Source: the human T2T-CHM13v2.0 reference genome, Homo sapiens. Taken from it: a DNA stretch of 64,000 nucleotides. The first letter of the stretch is position 1; every line of letters begins with the position of its first letter. The stretch is from assembly GCF_009914755.1 (NCBI RefSeq), contig NC_060926.1. One strand, given 5' to 3'. The translations under genes were made by a program, and so were the position numbers. This document shows, piece by piece, positions 26,241 through 39,410 of this stretch. The notes below the pieces were generated by a model that worked only from the letters and a program-made list of their open reading frames with translations, did not search any database and had not been told where the DNA came from.

Positions 26241-26787
26241 TATTTTATTTTATTATTATACTTTAAGTTTTAGGGTACATGTGCACAATGTGCAGGTTAG
26301 TTACATATGTATACATGTGCCATACTGGTGCGCTGCACCCATTAACTCGTCATCTAGCATTAGGTATATCTCCTAATGCTATCCCTCCCCCCTCCCCCCA
26401 CCCCACAACAGTCCCCAGAGTGTGATGTTCCCCTTCTTGTGTCCATGTGTTCTCATTGTTCAATTCCCACCTATGAGTGAGAATATGCGGTGTTGGTTTT
26501 TTGTTCTTGCGATAGTTTACTGAGAATGATGATTTCCAATTTCATCCATGTCCCTACAAAAGACATGAACTCATCATTTTTTAGGGCTGCATAGTATTCC
26601 ATGGTGTATATGTGCCACATTTTCTTAATCCAGTCTATCATTGTTGGACATTTGGGTTGGTTCCAAGTCTTTGCTATTGTGAATAGTACTGCAATAAACA
26701 TACGTGTGCATGTGTCTTTATAGCAGCATGATTTATAGTCCTTTGGGTATATACCCAGTAATGGGATGGCTGGGTCAAATGGTATTT
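26241..26787 (-). mobile_element. Young 5'-truncated L1 (L1PA2/L1PA3-like)
   Basis: Low-divergence L1 3' end; GAG (non-Ta) diagnostic in GCTAGATGACGAGTTA on the minus strand; ORF2 C-terminal peptide in the ORF track; TSD CAAAACACAATT at 26230 and 26969. Confidence 0.95.
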
Positions 26788-26840
26788 GGGAAAAAGGTAA
26801 AACTGAGACAGGGAAACATTAAGGAATAAACAGAGTCCTT

Positions 26841-27080
26841 TTACAAGTGATCAGAAAAGGACTCTCCTTATTCCTTAACATTTCCCTGTCTCAATTTTAC
26901 CTTTTTCCTTCTTCTTTGGGGTTAATACACTTTTTTAAAAAATTGTGTCTTGAGCCACCCATTTGACCCAAAACACAATTTTTTAAAAAAGTGTATTAAC
27001 CCCAGAGAAAGAGGAAAAAGGTAAAATTGAAACAGGGAAACGTTAAGGAATAAGCAGAGTCCTTTTCTGATCACTTGTAA
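26841..27080. repeat. ~112-bp-arm inverted repeat with a 16-bp spacer (plus a third partial copy at 26789-26842)
   Basis: 26841-26952 is the reverse complement of 26969-27080 with a few mismatches. Confidence 0.95.
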
Positions 27081-29089
27081 GCTGCCCATTGACCTCTGTT
27101 ACAGAGCTTTAAAGGGCTTCACTCTGCCCTGAAATTCTCAAAAACAAGAGCCAGGCTCTCATAGCCCACCTAAAGGCTTTTGACTGATTCATGAAAGATT
27201 TCTTCTGCTTAAGACTAAGAGGAAACTAAGTTAGTTTAATCATCAAGGTGCTTAACTATGTCATAGATTTATTTCATTATATCCTTGCTCTAAACTGTGT
27301 CCCTCATTTAGATAGAGTGATCTTTAATATTTTCCACCCGGCTGCTTTAGTAAAGACCTACACTTAGGTTGAAAAGATTTTAATTGGAGAAATGCAAAGG
27401 AGCAGTGTGAATAGTAAAAGAGGGCAAAATTTTATATTTAATTAGCATAGAAAGAAGATGTAGGCAGGTACAATATCTGTGGGAGGTGAATCTGAAGCCA
27501 GGGGTCAATAATTTGCATCAAACATTGGAGACAAGCACAAGGTGCAATCTTTAGCAAAGATAGAAGGGATTAAAATGACTAAAAGCAGAATTACACTGGC
27601 TATATGGATACAAGCTCCAAGTGAGAGGCACAGGTTTCAGAAACAGAAGACATCAATGAATCCACCAAGGGATTATTCGTTAAAGCTTCTAAGCAAAACC
27701 AGTTGTGACATTGGTGCTGAACCCAGGAACTTTCTAAGTTTTCTAGGTGGGTTGATCATTCTGAAGGTAATTATAAAATTACCTGCCTTTCTAAGCCTGA
27801 ACCAGATCAGAAATCAAAATCAAGGTAGTATGCCATATTCATGCCTTTGCTTTGTGTTTCGTCAGTTTTGAGTTCTAGCTTGCATAGATCCAGAAATGTT
27901 TTCTGAATGAAGCTCATGGATCAGGCTATCCAAGGAAAAGTTTCAGAATTTATAACTGCACTGAAGTGAGGTCCTTTAAGGCGGAACTCAGAACATCAGA
28001 CATATGGCTCCTGGCCCAGAAAACAGTTTCAATCACTGAAAGATATCTATATACATATCATTTCTCCTTCAATTCCAGGCTTCATCAGATGTGCCTATTC
28101 CCTCTCTTACTTAAATAGTAGTCTAGTCCCACAATGTGGCATTAATAAAGCCTGGGCCTTAACCCACACTGCAGATTGTGAGCACTGCTCAGCCTGAGTA
28201 GTGAGCTTCCTACTTTCTTCATTTTCCAGTGGTCTCCATGCCAAAGGCTCCACTTGTGTCCAGATCAAAGTAGATGTGGAGCCATGCTCAAGGAAACTCT
28301 ACTCTCAGCCTCCCTCCCCAGTTTTTACCCCTTAGCCCAGCGTCAGTGTCTGAATGATACAGTTAAAACCACAGAAGAGTTCAGAAATAGATGAATTGAA
28401 GTTCAGATACGAAACTAGACAAGCATCCAGAGAAAAATGAAAGAGGCATTGTGTATGCTCACATACACAAGAGTAGGTCTGTGTCCAGAGCATGAGAAAA
28501 TCAGCATGACATGTAACCTTGAGAAGAAAATGAGGACCTATGTTTTTGCATCTCTTACAATGGGTTAGATCCGCATAATGTTTCCAATAGTGTTCAACCC
28601 TTGTTCCTACAATCAGGGTTGCTATTTTTTAGGCATTCCTCTTGATATAGATGAATAAGAGCTAGTAGACATGTTTTTTAATCTGGAAGTAAACAACTGT
28701 TCTGACTTATCTTTAAATCTGTCTGTGGATACCTAAGCATTGGAAACACATAGTCATATTGAGGTCTTGTTTCTCTAAATTAAGCACCATTTTTTTTAAC
28801 TACTTGATATGTGTTAAATCCCTAGACCATCTTGATTAGCTTCTTCTTTTTAATCATAATTTGGAATCCTTTTTCACAGCTGTAACGACTTCAAGGTCTT
28901 CTAGTTGCCTGATCCCAGAAGTTGGAGATGGAAAGGCAGGGAGAAGAGGCAGGTGGCAAAGGCTCAGGCTTAACTTGCTCTACCCTGGTGTAAATCTGTC
29001 CTGCAGGTCTTGGAGAGTGTTTCAATGTAATTTGGTTCTGTTTGTTCTACTCCTCATCCTCTAAAATTCTCCTCTTCTAACATTTTGCT

Positions 29090-32000
29090 ATTCTTTTTAA
29101 AAAGTTTTAATTATTTTTTAAAATTTTTTGTGGGTACATAGTGGGTGTATTTATAGGGTACATGAGATGTTTTAATACAGTCAAGCAGTGCGAAATAAGT
29201 ACATGGTAGAGAATAGGGTATCTATCCCCTCAAGAATTTGTCCTTTGAGCTACAAACAATCCAATTAAATTCTTATTTTAAAATATACAATTAAGTTATT
29301 GTGACTATAGTCACCCTATTGGGCTATCAAATAGTAGGTCTTATTCATTCTATTTTTTTTAACCCCCCATCTCTACCTCTCCCCCAACCCTCACTATCAG
29401 GCAACCATCCTTCTACTCTCTATATCCATAATTTCAAATGATTTGATTTTTAGATCCCATGAATAAGTGAGAACATGTGATGTCTGTCCTTCTGTGCCTG
29501 GCTTATTTCACTTAACATAATGATTTCCAGTTCCATCCATGTTGTTGCAAATTGCTAAATCTCATTCTATTTATGGCTGAATAGTACTCCATTGTGTATG
29601 TATAACACATTTTCTTTATCCATTCATCTGTTGATGAACACTTAGGTTGCTTCCAAATCTTAGCCATTGTAGACAGTGCTGCAATAAACACGGGAGTGCA
29701 GATATTTCTTTGATATACCGATTTCCTTTCCTTTGACTATATACCCAGCAGTGAAATTGCTGGATCATATAGGAGTTGAATTTTTAGTTTTTTTAAGGAA
29801 CCTCCAAACTGTTCTCCAGAGTGGTTGTACTAATTTACATTATTACCAACAGTGTATGAGGTTTCCCTTTTCTCCACATCCTTGCCAGAATTTGCTATTG
29901 CCTATCTTTTGGATATAAGCCATTTTAACTGGGATGAGATGATATCTCATTGTAGTTTTGATTTGCATTTCTCTGATGATCAATGATGTTGAGCACTTTT
30001 TCATAGGTCTGTTTGCCATTTGTATGTCTTTTTTTAAAAAAAAAAAAAAGTCTATTTAAGTCTTTTGCCCATCTTTTGATCAAACAATTAGATTTTTTTT
30101 CTATAGAATTGTTTGAGCTCCTTATATATTCTGGTTATTAATCCCTTGTCAGATGGATAGTTTACAAATATTTTCTCCCATTAGGTGAGTTTTCTCTTCA
30201 CTTTGTTGACTGTATCCTTTGCTATTCAAAAGTTTTTTTTATTTAATGTGATCTTATTTGTTCATTGTTGCTTTGGTTGCCAGTGCCTGTGGCATGTTTC
30301 TCAAGAAATCTTTGCCCATACCAATGTCTTAGAGAGTTTCCTTAATGTTTTCCCATAGTATTTTCATGGTTTGAGGTCTTAGATTTAAGTCTTCAATACA
30401 TTTTGATTTTATTTTTGTATATGGCAAGAGATAGGGACCTAGTTTCATTCTTCTGTGTATGGATAGCCAGTTTTCCAAGCACCATTTATTATTGAAGAGA
30501 CTGTCTTTTTCCCAGTGTATGTTCTTGGCATCTTTACTGTAAATGAGTTCAATGTAGGTGTGTGGATTTCTTTCTGAGTTGTCTATTCTGTTCCATTGGA
30601 CTTTGTGTCTGTTTTTATGCCAGCACCATGCTGTTTTGGTTACTATAGCTCGGTCATATAATTTGAAGTCAAGTAATGTGATTTCCTGCTGTTTTGTTCT
30701 TTTTGCTTAGGATAGCTTTGGCTATTTGGGGTCTTTTGTGGTTCCATATAAATTTTAGGATTGTTTTTGCTACTTCTGTGGAGAATGTCATTGGTATTTT
30801 TATACTAATTGCATTGAATCTATAGACTGCTTTGGGTAGTATGGACATTTTAACAATATTGATTCTTCCAATCCGTAAACATGGAATATTTTTTCTTTTT
30901 TTTTTTTTTTGGTGTCCTCTTCAATTTCCTTCATCAGTGTTTGTAGTTGTGATTACAGAGATCTTTCATTTCTTTGAATAAGCTAATTCATACGTACTTA
31001 ATTTTATGAGTGGCTATTGTAAATGGGATTTTTTTTTCATGTTGTTCACTGTTGACATATAGAAATGCTACTGATTTTTGTATGTTGATTTTGTATACCT
31101 CAATTTTACTGACTCTGTTTAACAGTTCTAATAGTTTTCTTGTGGAATTTTTAGGTTTTTCAGAAAACAAGGATAATTTGACTTCATTTCCAACTTGGAT
31201 GCCATTTATGTCTTTCTCCTGACTGATTGCTCTAGCTAGGACTTCCAGTGCTATGCCGAACAACTGTGGTGACAGTGAGCATCCTTGCCATATTCCAGCT
31301 CTTACAGGAAAGCTTTCAGTTTCTCCCCATTCAATATACTTGCTGTTGGTCCGTCATATGTGGCTTTTATCATGTTGGAGTATGTTCCTTCTATAGATAG
31401 TATTTTGAGGGTTTTTATCATGAAGGGATGTTGAATTTTATCAAATGCTTTTTCAGCACCAATTGAAATGACCATATCATCTTTATACTTCATTCTTTTG
31501 ATGTGATGTTTACATGTATACATTGATTGATTTGCACATGTTGAATCATTCTTGCCTCCTGGGATAAATCTCACTTGGTAATGATGAATAATCTTTCTAA
31601 CGTATTGTTGAATTGGGTTTGCTAGTATTTTGTGGAGGATTTTTGTATATATATCCATCAGACATATTAGCCTGTAGTTTTCTTTTGCTGATGTGTCTTT
31701 GCCTGGTTTTTGGTATCAGGGTAATACTGGCCTCATAGAATGAGTTTGGAAATATTCCTTCCTCCTCTATTTTCCAGAATAGTTTGAATAAGATTGGCAT
31801 TAGTTCTTCTTTAAGTGTTTGGTAGAAATTAGTAGTGAAACCATTAAGTCCTAGAATTTTCTTTAGTGGGAGACATTTTATTATGACTTCAATCTCATTA
31901 TTTGGTATTAGTCTTTTCAGGTTTTGGATTTATTTCTGGTTCAATCTTGGTAGGTTGTATATATCTAGGAATTTGTTCATTTCTCCTAGATTTTCCAATT

Positions 32001-35000
32001 TATTGGCATAAGGTTGCTCATGGCAGCCACTAATAGTCGTTTGATTTTCTGCAGTATCAGTTGTAATGTCTCCTTTTTCATTTCTGATTTTATTTATTTG
32101 GATCTTCTTTTTTCTTAGTTTGGCTAAAGTTTTGTCGATTTTGCTTCACTTTTCAGAAAACCAACTTTTTGTTTCATTGATCTTTTGTATTTTTTTATTT
32201 CAATTTTATTTGTTTCTGCTCTAATCTTTATTATTTCTTCTACTAATTTCGGGTTTGGTTTGTTCTTGCTCTTCTAATTCTTTAATATGCATAACTAGAT
32301 TATTTACTGAAGTTTTTCCTCTTTTTAATGTAGATATTTATAGCTATAAACTTCCCTTCTCGTACTGCTTTTGTTATATCCCATAGGTTTTAGTATGTTG
32401 TGTTTTCATTATCATTTGTTTCAAGAAGTTTTTCAATTGTTTTCTAAATTTCGCCATTGACCCACTGGTCCGTCAGGAGCATATTGTCTGATTTCCATGT
32501 ATTTGTATAGTTTCCAAAATTCTTCTTGTTACTAATTTTGTGGTCAGGGAAGATGGTTGATATTATTTCAATTTTTTGAATGTTTTAAGGCTTGTTTTGT
32601 GACCAAACATATGGTCTAGACTTGAGAATAATCCATGTGCTGAGGAGAAGAATGTACATTCTGTAGGCTTTGGATGAAATGTTTTGTAAATATTTATTAT
32701 ATCCATTTGGTCTATTGTGAAGATTAATTGTGATGTTTCTTTATTGTTTTCTGTCTGGAAGATCAGTCCAATGATAAAAGTGAGACGTTGAAGTCTTCAG
32801 GTAGTATTGTGTTGAGGCCTCTCTATTTAGCTCTAATAGCATTTCCTTGATATGACTGGGTACTCTCGTGTCCAATGCATATATATTTTAAATTGTTATA
32901 TTCCCTTGCTGAATTGACACCTTTATTATTATATAGTGACCTTCTTTGTCTCGTTTTTGTCTTGAAATATATTTTATTAATATGTGATATAGTATAGCAA
33001 CCCTTGCTCTTTTTTGGCATCCATTGGCATGGAATATAGTCTTCCATCTTTTTATTTTTGGTCTATGTGTGTCTTTATAGGTGAAGTGTGTTTCTTGTAG
33101 GCAAGAGATCAATGGGTTTTGTTTTTACATCCATTCAGTCAATGTCTTTTGATTGGAGAGTTTAGTCCATTTACAGTCAATGTTATTATTGATAAGTAAT
33201 GACTTACTCCTGCCATTTTGTTATTTGTTTTCTGATTATTTTGTGGTTTTCTCTTCCTCCTTTCTTTTAATTCCTATCTTCCAGTAGTGAAAATTATTTT
33301 CTCTGGTGATATGATTTATTCTCTTGCTTTTTATTTTTTGTGTGTCCATTGTATGCTTTTTTGTTTGAGATTACCATAAGGCTTGCAAATACTATCTTAT
33401 AATCCATTATTTTAACCTGATAACAACACTACTTGCATAAACAAACAAATGCAAGAGAAAAGAAAACTAATAAAAACTCACCTTGACTTTGTCCCACTGC
33501 TTTTTAACTTTTTATTGTTTTTACTTATATCTTATTGTGCTGACTATGTCTGGAAAAATTGTTGTAGTTATTATTTTTGATTGGTTCTTTCTTTAGTCTT
33601 TCTACTTAGAATAAGAGTTATTTACAAACCACAGTTACAGAGTTACAATATTCTGTATTTTTTCTGTGTTCTTACTATTACCAGTAAGTTTTCTACCTTC
33701 AGGTAATTATTTATTGCTCATTAATGTCTTTTTCTTTCTGAATGAAGTACTCCCTTTAGCATTTCTTGTAGGACAGGTCTGGTATTAACGAAATCCCTCA
33801 GCATTTTTTTTGTCTGGAGAAGTCTTTATTTCTCCTGCATGTTTGAAGGATATTTTCACCACATACACTATTCTAGGGTAAAAGGTTTTTTTCCTTCAGC
33901 ACTTTAAATACGTTATGCCACTCTCTCCTGGCCTGTAAGGTTCCCACTGAAAACTCTGCTGCCAGATATATTGGAGCTCCATTGTATGTTATTTGCTTCT
34001 TTTCTCTTGATGCTTTTTGGATCCTTTCTTTATCACTGACTTTGGGAGTCTGATTATTAAATGCATTGAGGTATTCTTCTTTGGGTTAAATCTGCCTGGT
34101 ATTCTATGACCTTTTCATACCTGAGTATTTATATCTTTCTCTAAGTTTAGGAAGTTCTCTATTATTATCCCTTTGAATAAACTTTCTCCCCTTATCTCTT
34201 TCTTCACCTCCCTTTTAAGACCAGTAAGTCTTAGATTTGCCCTGTTGAGGCTATTTTCTAGATCCTGTAGGCATGTTTTATTGTTTTTTAAATTCTTTTT
34301 TCTTTTGTCTCCTCTGTGCATTTTCAAGTAGTCTGTCTTTAAGCTCATTAATTCTTTCTTCTTGATCAATTCTGCTATTAAAGGACTCTGACGCTGTTTT
34401 CAGCATGCCAATTGCATTTTTCGGCTCCAGAGTTTCTGCTTATTTTTAATTATTTCAATCTCTTTGTTAAATTTATCTTCTCTGTGTTATATTGAATTTC
34501 TTTGAGTTTCCTCAACATAGCTATTTTGAATTCTCTGTCTGAAAGCTCATATATCTCTGTTTCTCCAGGATTGGTCCCTGGTGCCTTATTTAGTTCATTT
34601 GGTAAAGCCATGTTTTCCTGAATGGTGCTGATGCTAATAGATGTTGTTATTCAGTGTCTGGGCATTGAAGAGTTAGGTATTTATTGTAGTCTTCATTGTC
34701 TGGGCTTACTTGAAGCCACCTTCTTGGGAAGACTTTCCAGATATTTTAAAAGACTTGGGTATTGTGGTTTAAGCTGTTTTTGCTGTAGGGGGCATCCCAA
34801 GCCCAGTATCACTGTGGTTCTTGCAGCCTCATAGAGGTACCACCTTGATTGTCTTAAACAAGATCTGAAATAATTTTCTGGATTACCAGGTGAAGACTCT
34901 TAGTCTCTTCCTTTACTTTCTCCCAAACATACAGAGTCTCTCTCTTTCTGTTCTGAGCCACCTAAAGCTGGGGATTGAGTGACACAAGCATGTTGTGGCC

Positions 35001-36720
35001 ACCACCACTATGACTGTGCTGGGTCAGACTTGAAGCCAGCACAGCACTGGGTCTCTCCCAAGCCCTGCTATAATCACTCCCTGTCTACTGCCTATGTTCA
35101 CTCAAGGCCCTGGGGCTATATAATCAGCAGGTGGCAAAGCCAGCCACGCCTGTGTTCTTCCCTTCATGGTAGCAAGGTCCCCAGGCCTCAGGTAGGTCTG
35201 GAGGTGCCTTCTGGGAGTCAAGGACTAGAGTCAAAAACCTTAGAAATCTTCATGATATTCTATTGTATTGCAGCTGGCATTCAAATCACAAGACTTTTCC
35301 CTCTCTTCCCTCTCTTTCCCTCTCTTTCCACTCTTCCCTCCTCTTTCCAAAGGCAGAGGAGCCTCACCCCATAATGACTACCACCCCTGGCCACAAGGAG
35401 TACTGTCAGACTGCCACCAATGTTCCCTTAAGGCTCAAGGTCTCTTAAGCCAGTGTGTGGTAAATGCTGCCTGGCCTGGGACTCACCCTTCAGGGCAGTG
35501 GTTTCTCCCTGGCCCAGTGAAGGTCCAGAAATGCCATCCAAAAGTCAAGTCCTGGAACCAGGGACTCTAAGAGCCTACTTGGTGCTCTACCCTACTGTGG
35601 TTGTGCTGGTATCTAAGGTGCAAAACAAAGTCCCCTTTACTTTTCCCTCCACTTTTCTCAAGCAGAAGGAGTTTTGTCCCATAGCCACCACAGCTGGTAA
35701 TATGCTGAGTCTCCCTTGAAGCCAGCTAGTCTCATAGGCTCACCCAAGGTTCTTAATGTAGTATAAGGGTATCGCTGCTGGTTTTTCAAGACCCAAGGGC
35801 TCTTCAGTTAGCAGGTAATGAATGCTGGAAAGACTGGGTCCTTTTCTTCAAGGCAGCATGTTCCCTTCTGGCCTAGCATGTGTCTAGAAACATCATCTGG
35901 GAGCTAGGGCCTGGAATGGGGGCCTCATGACTCTGACCACTGCCCTATCCTGCTGTGGCTGAGCTGGTATCCAAGATGTAAGACAAAGTCTTCCCCACAC
36001 TTTTTTCTCCTCTCCTCAAGCAGAAAGGTATCTCTCTTGAGCTCTCAGGAGCTCTGCAGCCTGAGATTAGGGGAGGAGCAATGCCAGCACTCCCTTAGCT
36101 GCCCCAGCTAGTGTCTCAGTATATTACATCACTCCCCCAACCATCCCTCCACCTCCAGCCCCTCCAGTCCACTGTCTCTGGGCCTAGTTAAGCCCTAGGA
36201 CTTGCCTATGAGTTGCAGTCCTTATGGCCTACACTGCCTTTCAAGTTTACTTAGAAACTGAGAGCACTTTGGCCCTTGGTGGCAAGGTTTGTAGGCACTC
36301 AAGTTCACACTGCTGGGATGGATGATTCCCCTCTGGCTAGGGCTGATTTAAATGCCCCCTCCATGTGTGGGCATCAGCTGGGTCTGGTCAGGTTATTCTT
36401 TCTGCTGCAACAGAACAGTCCTGAGTTCCATGCCACACAATTGCTGTGTTCTCCTTCCCCCAAAGCCCAGATACTCTCTCTGCACCATCCCACAGCTGTT
36501 GAGGGTGGCGGGGGGTGGCATCAGAGATTCAGGACTGTTTCTCCTATCTCCTCATTGCCTCTTTCGGCGATATGAAGCTGAAACCAGGTACCATGAGTGT
36601 TTATCTGATTTTTGGTTCTTACGCAGGTGTTTTTTCGGTGTTGATACTTGTTAACTTGGTGTCCTTGTGGGGACAACTGGTGAAGCTTTCTATTCTGCCA
36701 TCTTGCTCCACCTCTTCCCC
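29090..36720 (-). mobile_element. Full-length (~7.6 kb) old L1 (L1MA1/L1MA2-like), both ORFs disrupted
   Basis: 3' end at ~29100; ORF2 RT remnant (ORF track 31302-31658); EN remnant (32888-33112); ORF1 remnant (34115-34369); ~1.8-kb 5'UTR ending in GGGGAAGAGGTGGAGCAAGATGGC on the minus strand; TSD ACATTTTGCT at 29080 and 36728. Confidence 0.95.
36697..36704 (-). promoter_or_regulatory. YY1 site at the L1 5' end
   Basis: AAGATGGC about 17 nt from the element start, the position typical of L1 promoters. Confidence 0.6.
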
Positions 36721-36959
36721 TATAAGCACATTTTGCTTTACTTCCTAGCCTCACTGATACACCAGATCTATGATGACACTAACCACACTATAGGAGATGC
36801 TGATTTTCTTGTGCTGGTTTTTAATTTAATTTAATTATAGCTTTACTGCAATAATTGCTGCTTGCCTTCTCCCAGAATACTATTGTTGATTCTGTGGAAT
36901 TTATAGAGGACCTTGAGCCTCTCAGAAGAAATTCATTTTTATTACCTTAAAAATATTTA

Positions 36960-37455
36960 AGAAAATTCAACCAATATCTATAAAAGTTAAAAATATATAG
37001 AATCTTTTACAGAAATTGTACTTCTAGGGAATTATCCTTGAACTATTTTAGCACATGTGTAAAGTGGATATAATATGGAGATACTCACTGAAGCTTTAGT
37101 TTCAATAGCAAAGGAAAAAATGCAGCAATATAAATGTTGATCAACAGTGGACTGGCTAAATAATTATGGTTCAACGACAAAGTAGCAACTTATATAGCTG
37201 TTAAAGCAATAAAGCAGCATTGTATGTACTGATACGGAAAAAACAGCTAAGATATTTTAAGTGAAACAACTACATGAAATACGTCCTTATATTTTCGGAG
37301 GATGTCTATGGAAAAATATAATCCAAATTAATAATAGTAGCTACTCCTGGAGAGGAAGAATAGGTGGCTGGGCATAAGAATGGGAAGATTTCTTTCACAC
37401 ACTCTCATATGTACTGGATTTTGTACTATATGCGTACTTAAGCTTTTTAAAAATA
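36960..37455 (+). mobile_element. Old L1ME-type 3' end
   Basis: CTTCTAGGGAATTATCC..AATAGCAAA..TAAATGTTGATCAACAGTGGACTGGCTAAATAATTATGG. Confidence 0.65.
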
Positions 37456-37594
37456 GTTTATTTTAAAATCATTTTTTAAAAACTTAACTCCCTATTAGTT
37501 TTACCTAAAAAAGTGACACAGTTGGAAAAGCTAAATGTTTGAAAAATATTTTAATAATTTTATTGCAAATAATATTTTAAGATACGGGAAGGAG

Positions 37595-37800
37595 ACAGTA
37601 TTTTGGTGCCAGACAAACCTGGATACTAATGTTGACCAAATTTCCTGCCAAATTAAATAACTTCTCTGCTCTTCAGTTGCTCCTCCTATTGAAAAACAGC
37701 AGATGTAAAAGCATAAACTTATTCATATGAAATAATGAATGCCAAGTACCTGGTACAGCAGCTGGATCCATAGAAATGCTGAACAAACTCAATTATTATC
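37595..37800 (+). mobile_element. MIR fragment
   Basis: GCCAGACAAACCTGG..TAACTTCTCTGCTCTTCAGTT. Confidence 0.55.
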
Positions 37801-37931
37801 ATCTTTAAAATTTTAGTTCTTTCTCCAGATTCAGAATCACTTAGTGCATCAGCCTTGATAAAGTATGTTGCTTAAGTTATGTTATATGCATAAATAGGAT
37901 GGCAAAAATTCTACCAGCTAAAAAGCATCTA

Positions 37932-38307
37932 CAGTCATGCACTGCATAATGACATTTTGGCCAAAGACAGACCACATATACAATGGCGATCCCATTAAAT
38001 TATAAATGGAGCTGCCCTATATAGGTGTGTATCTTTTTTTATCTTTTACATACTATTTTTACTGTACCTTTTCTATGTTTAGATAGACAAATACTATTGC
38101 GTTAAAATTGCCTACAGTATTCAGTACTGTAACACGTGTACAGGTTTGCAGCCTAGGAGCAATAGTCCACACAATATAGCCTAGGTGTGTAGTAGGCTCT
38201 ACCATCTAGGTTTGGATATGTAACCTCTATAATGTTCATACAAGGACAAAATCACCCAACAAGGTATTTCTCAGAAGGGACCCCTATCATTAAGTGACAT
38301 AAGACTG
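37932..38307 (+). mobile_element. Tigger3a/MER7-like (TcMar-Tigger) MITE
   Basis: TA-CAGTCATGC start and GACTG end (terminal inverted repeats); GCCTACAGTATTCAGTAC, GCCTAGGAGCAATAG, TAGCCTAGGTGTGTAGTAGGCT. Confidence 0.9.
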
Positions 38308-38936
38308 TGTTGATAGGCTAATTAATTTCATTTAAAGCACTTACAAGGTTGCCCTACGAGACTGGCAAATAGGACCTGTCATCTACTAAATTTTTATACC
38401 ACAGTAACAAAGAAAGCTGTTAACCAACTCATTGATTCAGGATGAAACTTAAATGTTCTATCTTTCAAATTTGTACCTATAACATGTATATCATTGTCTA
38501 CTATTTTTAATAGTTTCAAAATGTAGTTTATACGATTGAATGAATGGTTGGTCTGGAGGAGTTCCGTTTTCCTCCTTATTCTGAGAATGCTTAAAGTAAA
38601 TTGGAGACTCAGGAGAGAAGCAGAGGGGTTTATCTGTGATCATTATTGAAAGGATGTGATTTATTTTTTCTTCTTGTTGATGATGATAGTTATGTCCAAA
38701 TCTGGATTATGTCCAAAATCTAGGGTTTATCTGAGATGCATTTACCAATTCAACTGATAGCATGTAACACCTATTATGTCTAAAAAGTGTTCAGTTGCTA
38801 TGGGCTTATGAATACAAAACCATCAAGGATTCTCAAGAAGCGTATAATTTGCCACGTAAGAAATATTATGATCATAAGTAAATATAATGCAGAAAGTGAA
38901 GTCTAAAATAGAAGCAAGAAAATAATCTACTCCAAG

Positions 38937-39410
38937 AGTTTTTAGCAGTATTATTCACAATAGCCAAAAGGTGGAAACAACCCAAATCTCTATCAATAAA
39001 TAAATGAATAAAATGTGGTATGTACATACAATGGAATATTATTCAGCCTTTAAAAGGAATGAAATTCTGGTACATTCTATAATGTGAATGAAGCTTGAGA
39101 ACATTACGTTAGGTGGAATGTCAGTCTCAAAGAATAAATATTGCATAATTCCACTTACATGAGGTATCTGGAGTAGTCAAATTCATAGAGACAAAGTAGA
39201 ATGGTGGCTGCCAAGAACTGTGGGTATGGGGAAATGGAGAAACATTGTTTAATGTGTACAGAGTTTCAATAAGGGATGATTAAAACGTCCTGGATATGGA
39301 CAGTGATGATGATTGCACAACAATGTGAATGTACTGAATGCCACTGAACTATAGGCTTTAAAATGGTTAAAATGGTAAATATTATGTTACGTATATTTTA
39401 CCACAACAAA
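38937..39410 (+). mobile_element. L1MB (L1MB2-4-like) 3' end
   Basis: GGAAACAACCCAAAT..GTAGTCAAATTCATAGAGACA..AATGCCACTGAACT..AAAATGGTTAAAATGGTAAAT. Confidence 0.9.

Noticed and set aside
26383-26404. G-quadruplex in the L1 3'UTR
   Set aside because: Standard feature of primate L1 3'UTRs
38690-38724. 17-bp tandem duplication TTATGTCCAAA(A)TCT
   Set aside because: Ordinary slippage duplication without an inverted or distant template
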